DNA from: an uncultured Chloroflexia bacterium
Lineage (GTDB): Bacteria; Chloroflexota; Anaerolineae; CG2-30-64-16
Reading direction: 5' to 3'
NCBI GenBank assembly: GCA_963774265.1
Contig: CAVZDU010000002.1
Location: forward strand, 256,001 to 320,000
Length of the DNA: 64,000 nucleotides
Of the stretch, positions 11,904 through 22,766 are shown piece after piece; position 1 is the stretch's first letter; every line of letters begins with the position of its first letter. Both the position numbers and the translations under genes were made by a program. Under the pieces are notes generated by a model, which was given only the letters and a program-made list of their open reading frames with translations, had not been told where the DNA came from and ran no database searches.

Positions 11904-12851
11904 ATGCGCTTCGCGATTATGGGAACCGGCGGCGTCGGCGGCTATTTTGGCGGGCTGCTGGCAAAAAATGGCGAGGACGTCACCTTCATCGCGCGCGGTG
12001 CACATCTCGAGGCGATTCGCCGGGTCGGCTTACGTGTTGAGAGCGTCCACGGGGACTTCGTGGTGCCCCGCGCACAGGTCACTGACGATCCACGAACGGT
12101 TGGTCCGGTCGATGTCGTGTTATTTGCGACCAAGACCCACCAACTGGAAGCCGCCGCGCAAACCCTGCAGCCACTCATCGGGACGCACACTGTCGTGGTC
12201 CCGCTCCACAACGGAGTGGACGCGGCCGAGCGCACCGCGGCCATCCTTGGCCGGGAACACGTGCTTGGCGGAGTGTGCTACGTCGGCAGCATGATCGCCT
12301 CACCCGGGGTCATCCGCCAACAGAGCCCATTTCGTAGAGTCATCGTCGGTGAACTGGCGGGCAACCCGAGCGCTGGGGGTGCGACATCGCGGGTGCAAGC
12401 GATTGTCGATGCGTTGGCCAGATCCGGGGTCACAGCGGAAGCATCCCCCGATATCCAGGCCACAGCCTGGGTCAAATTTGCGTTTATCGGTCCCTTCAGC
12501 GGGGTGGGTGCAGTAACGCGCGCACCAGCCGGCGAAATCAATGCCACGAGCGAGACACGGCAGATGCTGTATGACACGATCCGCGAGGTGGAAGCCGTCG
12601 CGCTCGCCGAGGACGTGGCTGTCCCATCGGCTCTGTCGGGTGAGACAATTGCATTCTGCGAGGGACTGCCACCCGCCATGACTGCTTCTATGCAGCGGGA
12701 TGTACTCGACGGTAAGCCGTCGGAACTCGAGTCGCTCATTGGCGTGATGGTCCGTAAAGGCGAGGCGCGTCGAGTTGCGGTTCCGACCTTCCGATTCTTC
12801 TACGCGGCGCTGCTGCCACAGGAGAAGCGGGCACGCACGACGAGCAGGTGA
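11904..12851 (+). CDS. panE: 2-dehydropantoate 2-reductase (ketopantoate reductase family)
   Basis: GTGGVGG, LHNGV, ASMQRD..G..SE; GGAGGAGG RBS. Confidence 0.92.
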   Translation: MRFAIMGTGGVGGYFGGLLAKNGEDVTFIARGAHLEAIRRVGLRVESVHGDFVVPRAQVTDDPRTVGPVDVVLFATKTHQLEAAAQTLQPLIGTHTVVVPLHNGVDAAERTAAILGREHVLGGVCYVGSMIASPGVIRQQSPFRRVIVGELAGNPSAGGATSRVQAIVDALARSGVTAEASPDIQATAWVKFAFIGPFSGVGAVTRAPAGEINATSETRQMLYDTIREVEAVALAEDVAVPSALSGETIAFCEGLPPAMTASMQRDVLDGKPSELESLIGVMVRKGEARRVAVPTFRFFYAALLPQEKRARTTSR

Positions 12852-13633
12852 TGGCTACATTTACGCGAGACGATACTTACACGGTCCAACTACCCGATTT
12901 CGAAGGGCCGCTTGATCTGCTGCTCCAGTTGATCGAGCGAGAAAAGCTTGATATCAGCGCTGTCTCGCTCGCGCAGGTTGCCGACCAGTTTCTGAGCACC
13001 GTTCGGCAAATGGAGCAGGTGGAAGCCGCGGACCTGGCCAATTTCCTGGTCATTGCCGTGAAGCTTGTGTGGATCAAATCCCGGTTATTGCTGCCCCAGC
13101 CACGACCGCCGAGTGACGACGGCGAAGAGGAAGATCCAGCTGAAGCTCTGGCGCGACAACTTCGAGAGTACAAGCGGTTCAAGGAAGCCGCCGCCTCACT
13201 GCGCTCTATCGAAGAAGCCGGCTTGCGCACATATCTGCGCGCGGCGCCACCCCCTGAGCTCGAACAGCGGCTCCAACCCGATGGCGGATTGATCAGCGAG
13301 CTTCTGGCCGCTGCACGCACGGCCTTCGCCGCACTCGACGCCTCAGCCCCGGAAATTCCACAAGGCATGGTGGCGCCTTTCAAACTCACCATCCAAGACC
13401 AGATCGTCCATATCCATGAAGTAACCCAGGGCAGGCAGCGCGTCACGTTTCGCGGCCTTCTCTCGCAGGCGCGTCACCGGCTTGAGATCATCGTCACGCT
13501 GCTCGCAGTGCTGGAACTCATCAAGCGGCAGCACATCCATGTCAAGCAGGATTCGGCCTTTGGTGAGATTTTCATTGAGGCGGCAGAAGGCGTGGAATTC
13601 AATGTTGATTCCGACGACGAGGCAGATATCTGA
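12851..13633 (+). CDS. scpA: Segregation and condensation protein A
   Basis: FEGPLDLLLQLI, IKSRLLLP, LLAVLELIK, Q..FGEI. Confidence 0.93.
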   Translation: MATFTRDDTYTVQLPDFEGPLDLLLQLIEREKLDISAVSLAQVADQFLSTVRQMEQVEAADLANFLVIAVKLVWIKSRLLLPQPRPPSDDGEEEDPAEALARQLREYKRFKEAAASLRSIEEAGLRTYLRAAPPPELEQRLQPDGGLISELLAAARTAFAALDASAPEIPQGMVAPFKLTIQDQIVHIHEVTQGRQRVTFRGLLSQARHRLEIIVTLLAVLELIKRQHIHVKQDSAFGEIFIEAAEGVEFNVDSDDEADI

Positions 13634-14000
13634 GGAGCAGCAGAGCACAAGTCGCGCCGGCAGCATCGGTGGCGATATCGAAAGCATCGGGATGCCTGCC
13701 AGGCACAAATGATTGATGGAACTCGTCGCTAAGTGCGTAGAGAAGAACCATGGCGAGTGACCACCACAAAGGGTGCGCCACACCGGAGCCACTCAAGGCC
13801 CAGGCGAACAAGATGGCGAGCACCCCAAACGCCACGAAATGCCCCGCAATATCCTGCAACGCATCGGCCCAGCCCAGAGGAAGCAAAGGCAGACGGGACT
13901 GGGATGACAGAAAGAAGATCAGGGCCATCCAGATGACGGCCGCCGCCCAGCGGAATAGCCGATTCTCAGTCAGAACTTGCAAACAAACTCCTCGAATCAT
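13599..14000 (-). CDS. VanZ family membrane protein
   Basis: WMALIFFLSSQ, YALSDEFHQSFVPGR; start uncertain. Confidence 0.85.
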   Translation of the reverse strand: MIRGVCLQVLTENRLFRWAAAVIWMALIFFLSSQSRLPLLPLGWADALQDIAGHFVAFGVLAILFAWALSGSGVAHPLWWSLAMVLLYALSDEFHQSFVPGRHPDAFDIATDAAGATCALLLLRYLPRRRNQH

Positions 14001-14008
14001 GGAGGTGG

Positions 14009-15208
14009 TTATTGCTGGCGCTGCGGATTTCCGTACGCCGTCAACGCGACCCCCGCAAGCACGTCCCAATTGAAATGCTCACACACACGATGACAGGCCG
14101 CCGTTCCAAGCGCAGCGCGGCGTGGCCGATCGTGAATCAGGCCAACGACAGCCCGGGCAAAATCCTCCGGGTCACCCGGAGCAACCAGCACGCCTGTCTT
14201 GCCGAGTGTGCTCGGTATCTCGCCCACACGAGTCGCAACCACAGGGAGGCCCGCGGCCATGAGCTCCAGGATCTTGGCGCTGTGCCGCGCACAGTTGGCT
14301 GGGGTGTCGCGCCATGGCGCGATAGCGACCGCGGCCTGCACCAGGGTCGCATGGATCTGGTCTGCAGCCAGCCAGCCCTTCACTTCGACGCCCGGCAGCA
14401 AGGCCAGGTTCCGTTCTTCTCCCAAGGCGCCACGTCCGATGATGGTGAGCCTGGCGTCTGGCTCCAGCGCCCGAATCCGGCGCCAGATAGCCGCAACATC
14501 GTCGGGCCGCGTCCCTGCAAAGCGCGTGTACAGCACTACGCATGCAGGGATGGGGCTTGTCGTCTCACCTCTGGAGGGAAGACCCAAATCCCGCAAGGGC
14601 GCCACGTCGTCGTCATCACCGTATGTACTCGCCTCGACGCCATTGGGCAAGATACGGACGTTCTCCGGTCCGGCTCCGAAGCCGATGGCGCGCTCAGCCA
14701 GGCATTGGCTTGTCACGGTCCAGGCATCGGCATGCGACAGCCCGAACCGCTCTTGCCAGGTGAAGAATCGCTTCTGCCCTTCGGAATAGCCTGCCGCCGG
14801 ATTGTCGTTCCAGCCGCCCGGTCCCTCCCAATCGTCCGAATCGACGATGAGCCGGGGGCGTACGTCTCGCCGCCGGGTCCAGAGGAGCGTTGCAGCTAAC
14901 CCCGATGGCCCCTTCGGCTTGAAGGCATGAACGACATGCGGACGCCACTGCACGGCTGCCTGGTATAGGCGCCATCCAAGCTGCCAGTGCCAGGGTGCGC
15001 TTTGGCCGCCCGGAGGCAGGCTCACGTTGATGACCTCGACCCCGGCGTCGTTCCATCGCTGCCCGGCGTCCTCAATGCTGTCATAGGGCGGGATAAACAC
15101 GGCGACAGTATGGCCGTGGCGCACCAAAGCACGCGCCAGCGGCAGAGTTCGCGCGCGGGCTGTCCCTTTGGTGCGTATTCCGAATGGGGCGAGGAGGGCG
15201 ATGCGCAT
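14009..15208 (-). CDS. Glycosyltransferase family 4
   Basis: LVRHGHTV, ILPNGV, KILELMAAGLPVVATRVG. Confidence 0.9.
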   Translation of the reverse strand: MRIALLAPFGIRTKGTARARTLPLARALVRHGHTVAVFIPPYDSIEDAGQRWNDAGVEVINVSLPPGGQSAPWHWQLGWRLYQAAVQWRPHVVHAFKPKGPSGLAATLLWTRRRDVRPRLIVDSDDWEGPGGWNDNPAAGYSEGQKRFFTWQERFGLSHADAWTVTSQCLAERAIGFGAGPENVRILPNGVEASTYGDDDDVAPLRDLGLPSRGETTSPIPACVVLYTRFAGTRPDDVAAIWRRIRALEPDARLTIIGRGALGEERNLALLPGVEVKGWLAADQIHATLVQAAVAIAPWRDTPANCARHSAKILELMAAGLPVVATRVGEIPSTLGKTGVLVAPGDPEDFARAVVGLIHDRPRRAALGTAACHRVCEHFNWDVLAGVALTAYGNPQRQQ

Positions 15209-15253
15209 GCGAAGATGGTACCACACAACCTCTTCTTATGGTATCATGCGGCT

Positions 15254-16525
15254 ATGACGCATCCTTCCTCCTCGAGCCTGCCGGGCGAGCGTCTGGCGTT
15301 ACTTGCGCGCCTGGCCCAACAGTTCAACTCGTCCCTGGACCTGGACGAGGTCCTCAACCGAGTGATGGACGAGGTGATTGTTGCCGTCCAAGCAGAGCGC
15401 GGGTTCGTCATGCTTCGCGAGGCTAATGGCGCGCTCTCCTTCATGGTGGCACGCGGGATGGACCAACGCACCATCGAAGAGCCGGGTTTCCAGGTGTCAC
15501 GCGGGGTCATCGAGCGAGTTGCAGCCGATGGCCGACCCATCTTGTCTTCGGACGCGCAGCACGACGATCGGTTCTCGATGCGCCAATCCATCGTCAGCCT
15601 GGGCCTGCGCTCCATCCTTTGCACCCCGCTTGTCGTGCGCGATCAGATTACGGGGGTCATTTATGTCGACAGCCGTCTGCACGCGGGCATTTTCGCTCCG
15701 ACCGATCTGGAACTTCTGACGGCCATTGCTTCCAGCGCGGCTATCGCGCTTGAGAATGCGCGATTGTATCGCGCGGCCGTTGAGAAGGGCCGTTTGGAGC
15801 GAGAGCTTCAAATGGCGCGCGAGCTGCAGTCCGGTCTGCTGCCCCACGACTTGCCCGTGCTCCCGGGTTGGGACTTCGCCGCGCGCTGGCAGCCCGCACG
15901 GGAGGTGGCTGGAGACTTTTACGATTTCATCCGCGTCCGCGAAGATCGGCTAGGTCTACTCGTGGCCGATGTGGCAGACAAGGGCATGGCGGCGGCCATC
16001 TTCATGGCGCTCTCACGCAGCATCCTGCGCGCGAGCCTGGCCAACGCAGCCTCGCCGGCCGAAGGAATTGCGGCAGCTAACCGACTCATCTGCGAGGACG
16101 CGACCGGCGGCATGTTCGTCACGCTGTTCTATGCGGAGGTGGACACGTCAGGCAAGTTGACCTATGTCAATGCGGGCCACAATCCTGCATTACTCAGCCT
16201 TGGCCGAGGGGGCCCGTGTCGCGAGCTAACGGGAACAGGGCCTCTGTTGGGGGTCGATGAGCATTCCCAGTTCCACCAGGTGACCCTGCAACTTGCACAA
16301 GGCGACTTCGTACTACTTTATACCGACGGCGTGACCGAGGCGATGTGCAGTTGTGCGGAGGATGCCTGCTTCGGCGAAGAGCGACTTCGGGAGTTGGTGC
16401 AGGCACAAAGTGCTGGTTCGGCATGCGCAGTGCTTGATGCTCTCAGCCTTGCCTTGACGGACTTTATAGGCCCCACGCCGCCGTTCGATGATGTGACAGT
16501 GGTCGGGATCAAGAGGCTTGCATGA
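15254..16525 (+). CDS. GAF-domain PP2C/SpoIIE (RsbU-like) phosphatase
   Basis: GAF domain then VAGDFYD, DVADKG, NAGHNP, LYTDGVTEA, DDVT. Confidence 0.92.
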   Translation: MTHPSSSSLPGERLALLARLAQQFNSSLDLDEVLNRVMDEVIVAVQAERGFVMLREANGALSFMVARGMDQRTIEEPGFQVSRGVIERVAADGRPILSSDAQHDDRFSMRQSIVSLGLRSILCTPLVVRDQITGVIYVDSRLHAGIFAPTDLELLTAIASSAAIALENARLYRAAVEKGRLERELQMARELQSGLLPHDLPVLPGWDFAARWQPAREVAGDFYDFIRVREDRLGLLVADVADKGMAAAIFMALSRSILRASLANAASPAEGIAAANRLICEDATGGMFVTLFYAEVDTSGKLTYVNAGHNPALLSLGRGGPCRELTGTGPLLGVDEHSQFHQVTLQLAQGDFVLLYTDGVTEAMCSCAEDACFGEERLRELVQAQSAGSACAVLDALSLALTDFIGPTPPFDDVTVVGIKRLA

Positions 16526-19500
16526 TTGGGGCGGTGCTCAACAATCGCTATCGGCTTGACGCCGAGCTCGGCCACGGCGGCATGGGGGTGGTCTACCGCG
16601 GCCACGACCTGCTGCTCGGCCGGGATGTGGCGGTGAAGCTGCTAAATCGAGCCGGCCTTACCCCGGAGGGCCGCGCTCGCCTGCTGCGCGAGGCGCAGGC
16701 CGTCGCCAAGCTCAATCACCCGAATATTGTCACGCTTTATGATGCGGGAGAGGCCGATAATGCGCCCTTCATCGTCATGGAGTTACTCACCGGGCACTCG
16801 CTTTATGAGCGCAAGCCGGCCAACATAGACGAATTGCTCCAGGTGGCCCGACAGGTATGCGCGGCGTTGGAACATGCACATGAACACGGGATTATTCATC
16901 GCGATCTGAAACCGGAGAATGTCATCCTGATCGATCACCGGCCCAACGGCGCGACCGGGTTCTCAAGCGGCGACTTGCGAGTTAAGCTGACGGATTTCGG
17001 GCTGGCCCGGTCGGTCACCTCCCGACAAAGCACCAATGGCGGGCTGGTGGGAACCGTATTCTATCTGCCCCCCGAGCAAGCGATGGGGCGCGAACTCGAT
17101 GGCCGGGCTGATCTATACTCACTCGGCGTGATGCTCTACGAGCTGGCGGCGGGCCGGCTCCCTTTCGGCGGGGACGATCCACTCACAGTTATTGCTCAAC
17201 ATCTAACCGCGCCTGCGGTGCCGCCCAGCACCTTTAACCCGGGCATCTCGGGCGCTCTCGAAGCGCTCATCCTCAAACTGATCGGCAAGCAACCCGAGGA
17301 CCGGCCTGCAACGGCTGCGGAAGTAGGGCATGTGCTGGAGCGCATTGCCCGAAAGAGCACCGATCTGATTCTCGCGGCCACGGAGTCGGCTGAGCCATCG
17401 CCTCTGGAACGCCTCGTACGTGGCCGATTGGTTGGGCGAGACGGTGAGCTTGCTGAGGCGCGCACCATATGGCAGAGAGCCACGGTCGACCCGGATACCG
17501 AGACACCACACGTGCTCCTGATTGCGGGTGAATCGGGTGTCGGCAAAACACCTTTCGTGCGCGCATTGCGGGCATTGGCTGAGGTTTCACGCGGGCGGTG
17601 GCTCCACGGCGAGTGCTACGCCCAGGGTGGTTCTCCCTACGCGGCGTTCGATCAAGCCTTCGGCGCGGTGCTCACGGATCCTGTGCTGCAGGCTGCCGTC
17701 CCAAAGTGGATTGCGGCCGAGCTCGTTCGCATTGCGCCTTCGTTACGAAGTTGCATGCCTGAGTTGCCTGTGGACTCTTCTAAGGCGGATGCCGGCCGAT
17801 TGGTGGAAAGCGTCGTAGCTGCCAGCGAAGCAATTATCGCGACCGGCCGGGGCCGAAACTCACCTCCTTCGCCTCTGATGTTGGTCATTGAGGATCTGCA
17901 GTGGGCGGATCCTGCGGCACTGGCGTTGCTGCGGAGCCTGGCACGACGAGCTCGCATGGGCAGGCTGCAGATTCTAATCGTCCTCACTTACCGGGAATCA
18001 GAACTGCGCGAGGCGCAAGGTGTTCGGGATCTGGTGCTCGACTTCACCCGCGAGCGATTGGCTGCACGTATTCGGCTGGAGTCTTTCGATCGTGACCGAA
18101 CAGCCGAGCTGCTGCGCGTGATGTTTCAGCAAGAAATCCCGCCTGCATTCGCCGACGAGATCTACCGCGAGACGGAGGGCAACCTGTTCTACATCGAAGA
18201 GGTCTGCAAGACCTTGATCGAGGAAGGAGCACTACGTCGCGCGGAGAGCGGCTGGGAGTTACCGGGCGAACTGTGTTGTGAGGCATTGCCCCAAAGCGTG
18301 CGCCTGACAGTGCAGGCGCGAATCACCAATCTTGCCCCTGCAACGCAGGATGTGCTCCGCCTCGGCGCCGTGATCGGACGTGAGTTCGACTTCGAGACTC
18401 TCCAAAGAGCCGCCGACCTTCCTGAGAGCACGCTCATCGACGCGCTTGAGGACGCCCAGCACGCACAGTTGATCATGGAGGTGCATGACGGCCCCAATCG
18501 GGCCGCAAGCCAAGAGGCCTTCCGCTTCGCGCACAACCTGGTGGCGGCCACACTGCGCGACAGCATCAGCGGCATCCGCCGGCGACGGATGCACCGGCGA
18601 GTCGGACAGGTGATCGAAGCGTTGCGTCCGGATGATCACGCTTCACTCGCCTATCATTTCACACAGGCCGGTGATGACGCGCATGCTCGAACGCAACTGC
18701 AACAAGCCGGCGAGGCCGCTCGGCGCGCCTACGCGAACGACGCAGCATTGGAGGCATACACTCAAGCGCTGGCGCTCACGCCTGACGCGTCAGCGGAGCG
18801 TTTCGACATCCTGCTGGCCCGAGTCGAGACTTACAATCTGTTGGGCCGCAGATCTGAGCAGCGAGCGGATATCCAGGAGTTGCTGGTGCTCGCCGAGAGA
18901 TTGGATGACGATGAGCGACGCTTCGAAGCGCTGCTGGCCCAGGCTGATTACGACATCGGGACTCAGCAATTGCATGCACGCGAGCCGGCACAGCGGGCGG
19001 TCGAGATGGCGCGACGACTAGGCGACAAGGCACGCGAGGGCCGGGCACTGATCTGCCTCGGCATGGATGCCCGACTTCATGGCGACCTCGAACGCAGTCG
19101 GCCGGCGTTGGAACTGGCGATCGATAGATTGCGCGAAGTAGGACTCATAGGGGAGGCTGCAGCCTGTCTGCAGACCCTCTCACTCACGTTAGGCGATCTG
19201 GCCGAGTTTGGCCCAGCGCTGGCGGCGGCTGAGGAGGCCGTCCGGCTGAGTCAGCAGCTCGGAGATAAGCGCCGGGAAGCGGTCAGCCTGCGCCGGGTCG
19301 CTATCGCCTATATGGAACAGAATCAGTTCGCCGAGGCGCTGCCCTACGCGGAATCTGCGTTAGAACTCCACAGGGAGGTGGGCGAGCGAGTCGAGGAATG
19401 CCACGCACATAACGTGTTGGGAATCATCAACGCCTATTTGGGGCGGGGAAGCGAGGCCGAAGCTCACTGGCGAGCCGGACTTCCGCTGGCCGAAGCGGCT

Positions 19501-20373
19501 GAGACGACGGTGGGCGGCCTTTACTGTCTCGAAAACATGTCTGTACTCCACTTCGCCTGGCGTGGCGAATATCTCGCGGGCATCGCCCTGATTCAGGAGC
19601 AGCTTACGCGGCCCTACCTGGGAGAAAACGCCTACGCGGCCATGTTACTTCGGTTCCGCATTGCGCAGTTTAGCCATGCCCTGGGTCTGCGTGAGCAGGC
19701 GCTGGCGCTCATGCCGGAAGTGCTTGATGTGGCTCAACGCCTGGTAAGCCAGGGAATCATGATAAGGAGCCTGCTCGCCGCAGTGCGCGCGACTTACGGC
19801 AAAATGCTGGCGGACGGGGATCGTCTTGAGGAGGCGCGGCGGGAACTTACAGAAGCCTTACGCATGACACTGGCCGAGAAATGGATCGTGCAGCGTGGTG
19901 ATGCCTTGCTGACCTGGGCACAAGGTGTCCTGGCGCTCCGAACGAGCGATCAGTCGCGCCGAGCGATCGAACTGACCACAGCAGCCTTGAGACGATTCGG
20001 CAACGCTGCGCCCTGGAATTTCGATGCCGGGGCCGCCCATCTTGTGCTTGCCGAACTACATCTTGCTTTGAAAGAGACAGGCCCCGCGCTCGAACATGCA
20101 AGAAAGGCCCTGGCCATCCAGGGCGCCCGCCAGTATGGAGTTGAACGCTTTCACTACACACTGGCTTGCGCGCTGCGGGAAGACGGCCAACCCGCTGAGG
20201 CCGCTGAAGCCATTCGTGCGGCATACCAAAGGGTTCTCCTGGTCGCGGGCCGCACGCCTGATCCCCAGGCCCAGTCCGCCTGGCTCGAACGGGTCCCCAC
20301 GAATCGGGCCGTCATCACATGGTGGGAGGCCCTCAACCAACCCGGCGGCCTGACCGCCACCGCCATCACCTGA
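16522..20373 (+). CDS. Ser/Thr protein kinase - AAA/STAND ATPase - TPR protein
   Basis: GHGGMGVV, HRDLKPEN, DFGLA; Walker A GESGVGKT, EDLQWAD, EGNLFY; helical repeat C-terminus. Confidence 0.92.
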   Translation: MIGAVLNNRYRLDAELGHGGMGVVYRGHDLLLGRDVAVKLLNRAGLTPEGRARLLREAQAVAKLNHPNIVTLYDAGEADNAPFIVMELLTGHSLYERKPANIDELLQVARQVCAALEHAHEHGIIHRDLKPENVILIDHRPNGATGFSSGDLRVKLTDFGLARSVTSRQSTNGGLVGTVFYLPPEQAMGRELDGRADLYSLGVMLYELAAGRLPFGGDDPLTVIAQHLTAPAVPPSTFNPGISGALEALILKLIGKQPEDRPATAAEVGHVLERIARKSTDLILAATESAEPSPLERLVRGRLVGRDGELAEARTIWQRATVDPDTETPHVLLIAGESGVGKTPFVRALRALAEVSRGRWLHGECYAQGGSPYAAFDQAFGAVLTDPVLQAAVPKWIAAELVRIAPSLRSCMPELPVDSSKADAGRLVESVVAASEAIIATGRGRNSPPSPLMLVIEDLQWADPAALALLRSLARRARMGRLQILIVLTYRESELREAQGVRDLVLDFTRERLAARIRLESFDRDRTAELLRVMFQQEIPPAFADEIYRETEGNLFYIEEVCKTLIEEGALRRAESGWELPGELCCEALPQSVRLTVQARITNLAPATQDVLRLGAVIGREFDFETLQRAADLPESTLIDALEDAQHAQLIMEVHDGPNRAASQEAFRFAHNLVAATLRDSISGIRRRRMHRRVGQVIEALRPDDHASLAYHFTQAGDDAHARTQLQQAGEAARRAYANDAALEAYTQALALTPDASAERFDILLARVETYNLLGRRSEQRADIQELLVLAERLDDDERRFEALLAQADYDIGTQQLHAREPAQRAVEMARRLGDKAREGRALICLGMDARLHGDLERSRPALELAIDRLREVGLIGEAAACLQTLSLTLGDLAEFGPALAAAEEAVRLSQQLGDKRREAVSLRRVAIAYMEQNQFAEALPYAESALELHREVGERVEECHAHNVLGIINAYLGRGSEAEAHWRAGLPLAEAAETTVGGLYCLENMSVLHFAWRGEYLAGIALIQEQLTRPYLGENAYAAMLLRFRIAQFSHALGLREQALALMPEVLDVAQRLVSQGIMIRSLLAAVRATYGKMLADGDRLEEARRELTEALRMTLAEKWIVQRGDALLTWAQGVLALRTSDQSRRAIELTTAALRRFGNAAPWNFDAGAAHLVLAELHLALKETGPALEHARKALAIQGARQYGVERFHYTLACALREDGQPAEAAEAIRAAYQRVLLVAGRTPDPQAQSAWLERVPTNRAVITWWEALNQPGGLTATAIT

Positions 20374-20381
20374 AAGCCGAC

Positions 20382-22244
20382 ATGTCCGATCCAACCATCG
20401 CATCGAACAGCCTTGTGATCTACCGCACGCGACCGGGTCGCGTTATGGCCGCGGCCGGCGATAAGCTCTCGCTGGAACTGGAAGGCGGCGAGACCGCGAA
20501 AGTCCGGCCCAAAGACGTGTCGCTGCTCCACCCAGGCCCGCTGCAATCGTTGGCCGAACTGAGCGCGCGCCGCCTGTCCTCTGACGTGCAGACAGCCTGG
20601 GAACTTCTCGCGGGCAATCCGACGTCGATCGCAGAGATCGCCGAGTTGACGTTCGGCGCTTTCACCCCCGCAACTGCCTGGGCCGCATGGCAGCTCGTGG
20701 CAGACGGTCTCTACTTCCGGCAGACAGGCGAAGTCATCCGGGCCACCACGGGCGAGGAGTTTGCACACACCCAATCGCAACGCGCAGCAGAGGCAGCTGA
20801 GCGAGTGGCGTGGGAAGCGTTCATGGGACGCGCAAAAAGCGGGAATGTTACGCATGACGACCGCCGCTATCTGCGCGAGGTGGAAGACCTGGCCTATGGC
20901 CGCACTGAGCGCAGCCGCGTACTCAAGACCCTGGGCAGGGAGGAGAGCGCCGAAAACGCACACGCGGCCCTCCTGGAATGGGGAGCGTGGGACGATACGA
21001 TCAACCCTCATCTTGCCCGGGCCGAGCTGAATATTGCTCCTCCCTCCATCTCCGTTCCCACCGAGCTGAGCGCGCTTTTGGCTGATCCGACCCGCATCGA
21101 TCTAGCTCACTTACCAGCGTTCGCGGTGGATGATGAGTCGACCGAAACGCCCGATGACGCGTTGAGTTGGGAAGATGGACCGGGATTAGGCAAGGTGTGG
21201 ATCCACGTGGCGGATCCTGCAGCATTCATTCGCCCAGGTGACCAGCTCGATTTGGAAGCCCGCAGTCGCGGTGTGACCCTGCACCTGCCCGAGTTCGTGA
21301 TCCCGATGCTTCCCGCAGCGACGACGCCGCTTCTGGGGCTGGGGCTGAACGAATTCTCGCCTGCGTTGTCATTCGGCATCAGCGTGGACGAGGCCGGGGA
21401 GATCACGGGCGTGGAGATCGCGCCCAGTATCGTGCGCGTGAGCCGGCTGACCTATGAGGTGGCGAGCGCACGCCTGGCAGAGGCGCCGTTCACCGGACTT
21501 CAACGCATTGCCTTGTCGCTCGAGGCCCGAAGGAACGCAGCCGGTGCGGTGAAGATCGACCTGCCCGAGGTGCAAGTCCGCGTGCGCGACGGCGATATCG
21601 AGATCAATCCCGTGCTTACACTGCCCGGTCGCGTGGTGGTGGAGAATTGCATGATTCTGGCGGGCGAGGCCGTGGCACAGTACGCGCTGGAGCGCCGCAT
21701 CCCTCTGCCCTATGCCACACAGGACGCGCCGGACAACCCTTTTTCCACGCCCGCACAGACACTTTCGGAAATGTTCGCGCTGCGCCGCACGATGAAGCGG
21801 AGCCAGTATCGCAGCGCGCCCGCGGCGCACAGCGGACTGGGCCTCGCGGCCTACAGCCAGGCCACAAGCCCCCTGCGCCGGTATCTTGACCTGGTGGTGC
21901 ACCAGCAGTTGCGCGCGCACGCCGCAGGGGAGCCCGTGCTCACGGCCGCGGAGATCATCGAGCGAATCGGCGAGGTTGAACCCTCTATCGCGGCTGAGCG
22001 TCAAGCCGAATCGCAGTCCGAGAAGCACTGGACGCTGGCATTTCTGCGCCGTCGAACCGGTTGGCGTGGTAAGGCGGTCCTGGTGGACCGCCGCAACGCA
22101 AGCGGCATCTTCATCATCCCTGAGTTAGCGTTGGAGACGCAGATCCATTTGAATGCCGATCTACCCTTGGACACTGAAGTCACCCTGGTCCTGCGTTCGG
22201 TGGATCTGCCTCGCCTGGACGCCCGCTTCAGGATCGAACTCTGA
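20382..22244 (+). CDS. RNB-domain exoribonuclease (RNase II/R family)
   Basis: AVDDESTETPDDALS, IHVADP, ENCMILAG, ATSPLRRYLDLVVHQQL. Confidence 0.92.
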   Translation: MSDPTIASNSLVIYRTRPGRVMAAAGDKLSLELEGGETAKVRPKDVSLLHPGPLQSLAELSARRLSSDVQTAWELLAGNPTSIAEIAELTFGAFTPATAWAAWQLVADGLYFRQTGEVIRATTGEEFAHTQSQRAAEAAERVAWEAFMGRAKSGNVTHDDRRYLREVEDLAYGRTERSRVLKTLGREESAENAHAALLEWGAWDDTINPHLARAELNIAPPSISVPTELSALLADPTRIDLAHLPAFAVDDESTETPDDALSWEDGPGLGKVWIHVADPAAFIRPGDQLDLEARSRGVTLHLPEFVIPMLPAATTPLLGLGLNEFSPALSFGISVDEAGEITGVEIAPSIVRVSRLTYEVASARLAEAPFTGLQRIALSLEARRNAAGAVKIDLPEVQVRVRDGDIEINPVLTLPGRVVVENCMILAGEAVAQYALERRIPLPYATQDAPDNPFSTPAQTLSEMFALRRTMKRSQYRSAPAAHSGLGLAAYSQATSPLRRYLDLVVHQQLRAHAAGEPVLTAAEIIERIGEVEPSIAAERQAESQSEKHWTLAFLRRRTGWRGKAVLVDRRNASGIFIIPELALETQIHLNADLPLDTEVTLVLRSVDLPRLDARFRIEL

Positions 22245-22258
22245 TCACGGAGGAAATC

Positions 22259-22594
22259 ATGGCCTACTTTTTCGATTCGGCTGCGCGCACGCGCAAGGAG
22301 CTCTTGCCAGGCGTGGCTTCGCGCACTTTCTGGGGCGAACGCATGCTCCTGTCCCTGGTCGACCTTGACCGCGGCGCCTCGATCCCACCCCACGCCCATC
22401 CTCACGAACAGGTGGGGATGGTCATCAGTGGGGCGATGGAAATGACAATCGCGGGCGAGACCCGCCAGGTGAGCCCGGGCGACATATATGTCGTGCCAGG
22501 TGGCGTGGAACACAGCGTGCGGCTGGAAGCAGGGCCATGCCAGGTTCTCGAGGCATTTGCGCCGGTGCGCGAGGAGTACAAGTTTCCGGATTGA
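22259..22594 (+). CDS. Cupin domain protein
   Basis: PHAHPHEQ ... VPGGVEH ... FAPVREEY. Confidence 0.9.
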   Translation: MAYFFDSAARTRKELLPGVASRTFWGERMLLSLVDLDRGASIPPHAHPHEQVGMVISGAMEMTIAGETRQVSPGDIYVVPGGVEHSVRLEAGPCQVLEAFAPVREEYKFPD

Positions 22595-22693
22595 TTGGAT
22601 GCTGAGTCAGGGAGAAACGGCGTCTGATTTGACCTGGGTCCGGTTTACGGCTATAATTTCGACTGCTGTGAAGGTGCAACGTCGTCTTCATGC

Positions 22694-22766
22694 GGGTCGC
22701 TAGCTCAATTGGCAGAGCATCTGACTCTTAATCAGAGGGTTCAGGGTTCGAGTCCCTGGCGACTCA
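22694..22766 (+). tRNA. tRNA-Lys (CTT), no encoded CCA
   Basis: GGGTCGC/GCGACTC acceptor stem, TAGCTCAATTGGCAGAGC D arm, TCTGA-CT-CTT-AA-TCAGA anticodon arm, GGTTCGAGTCC T arm. Confidence 0.97.
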
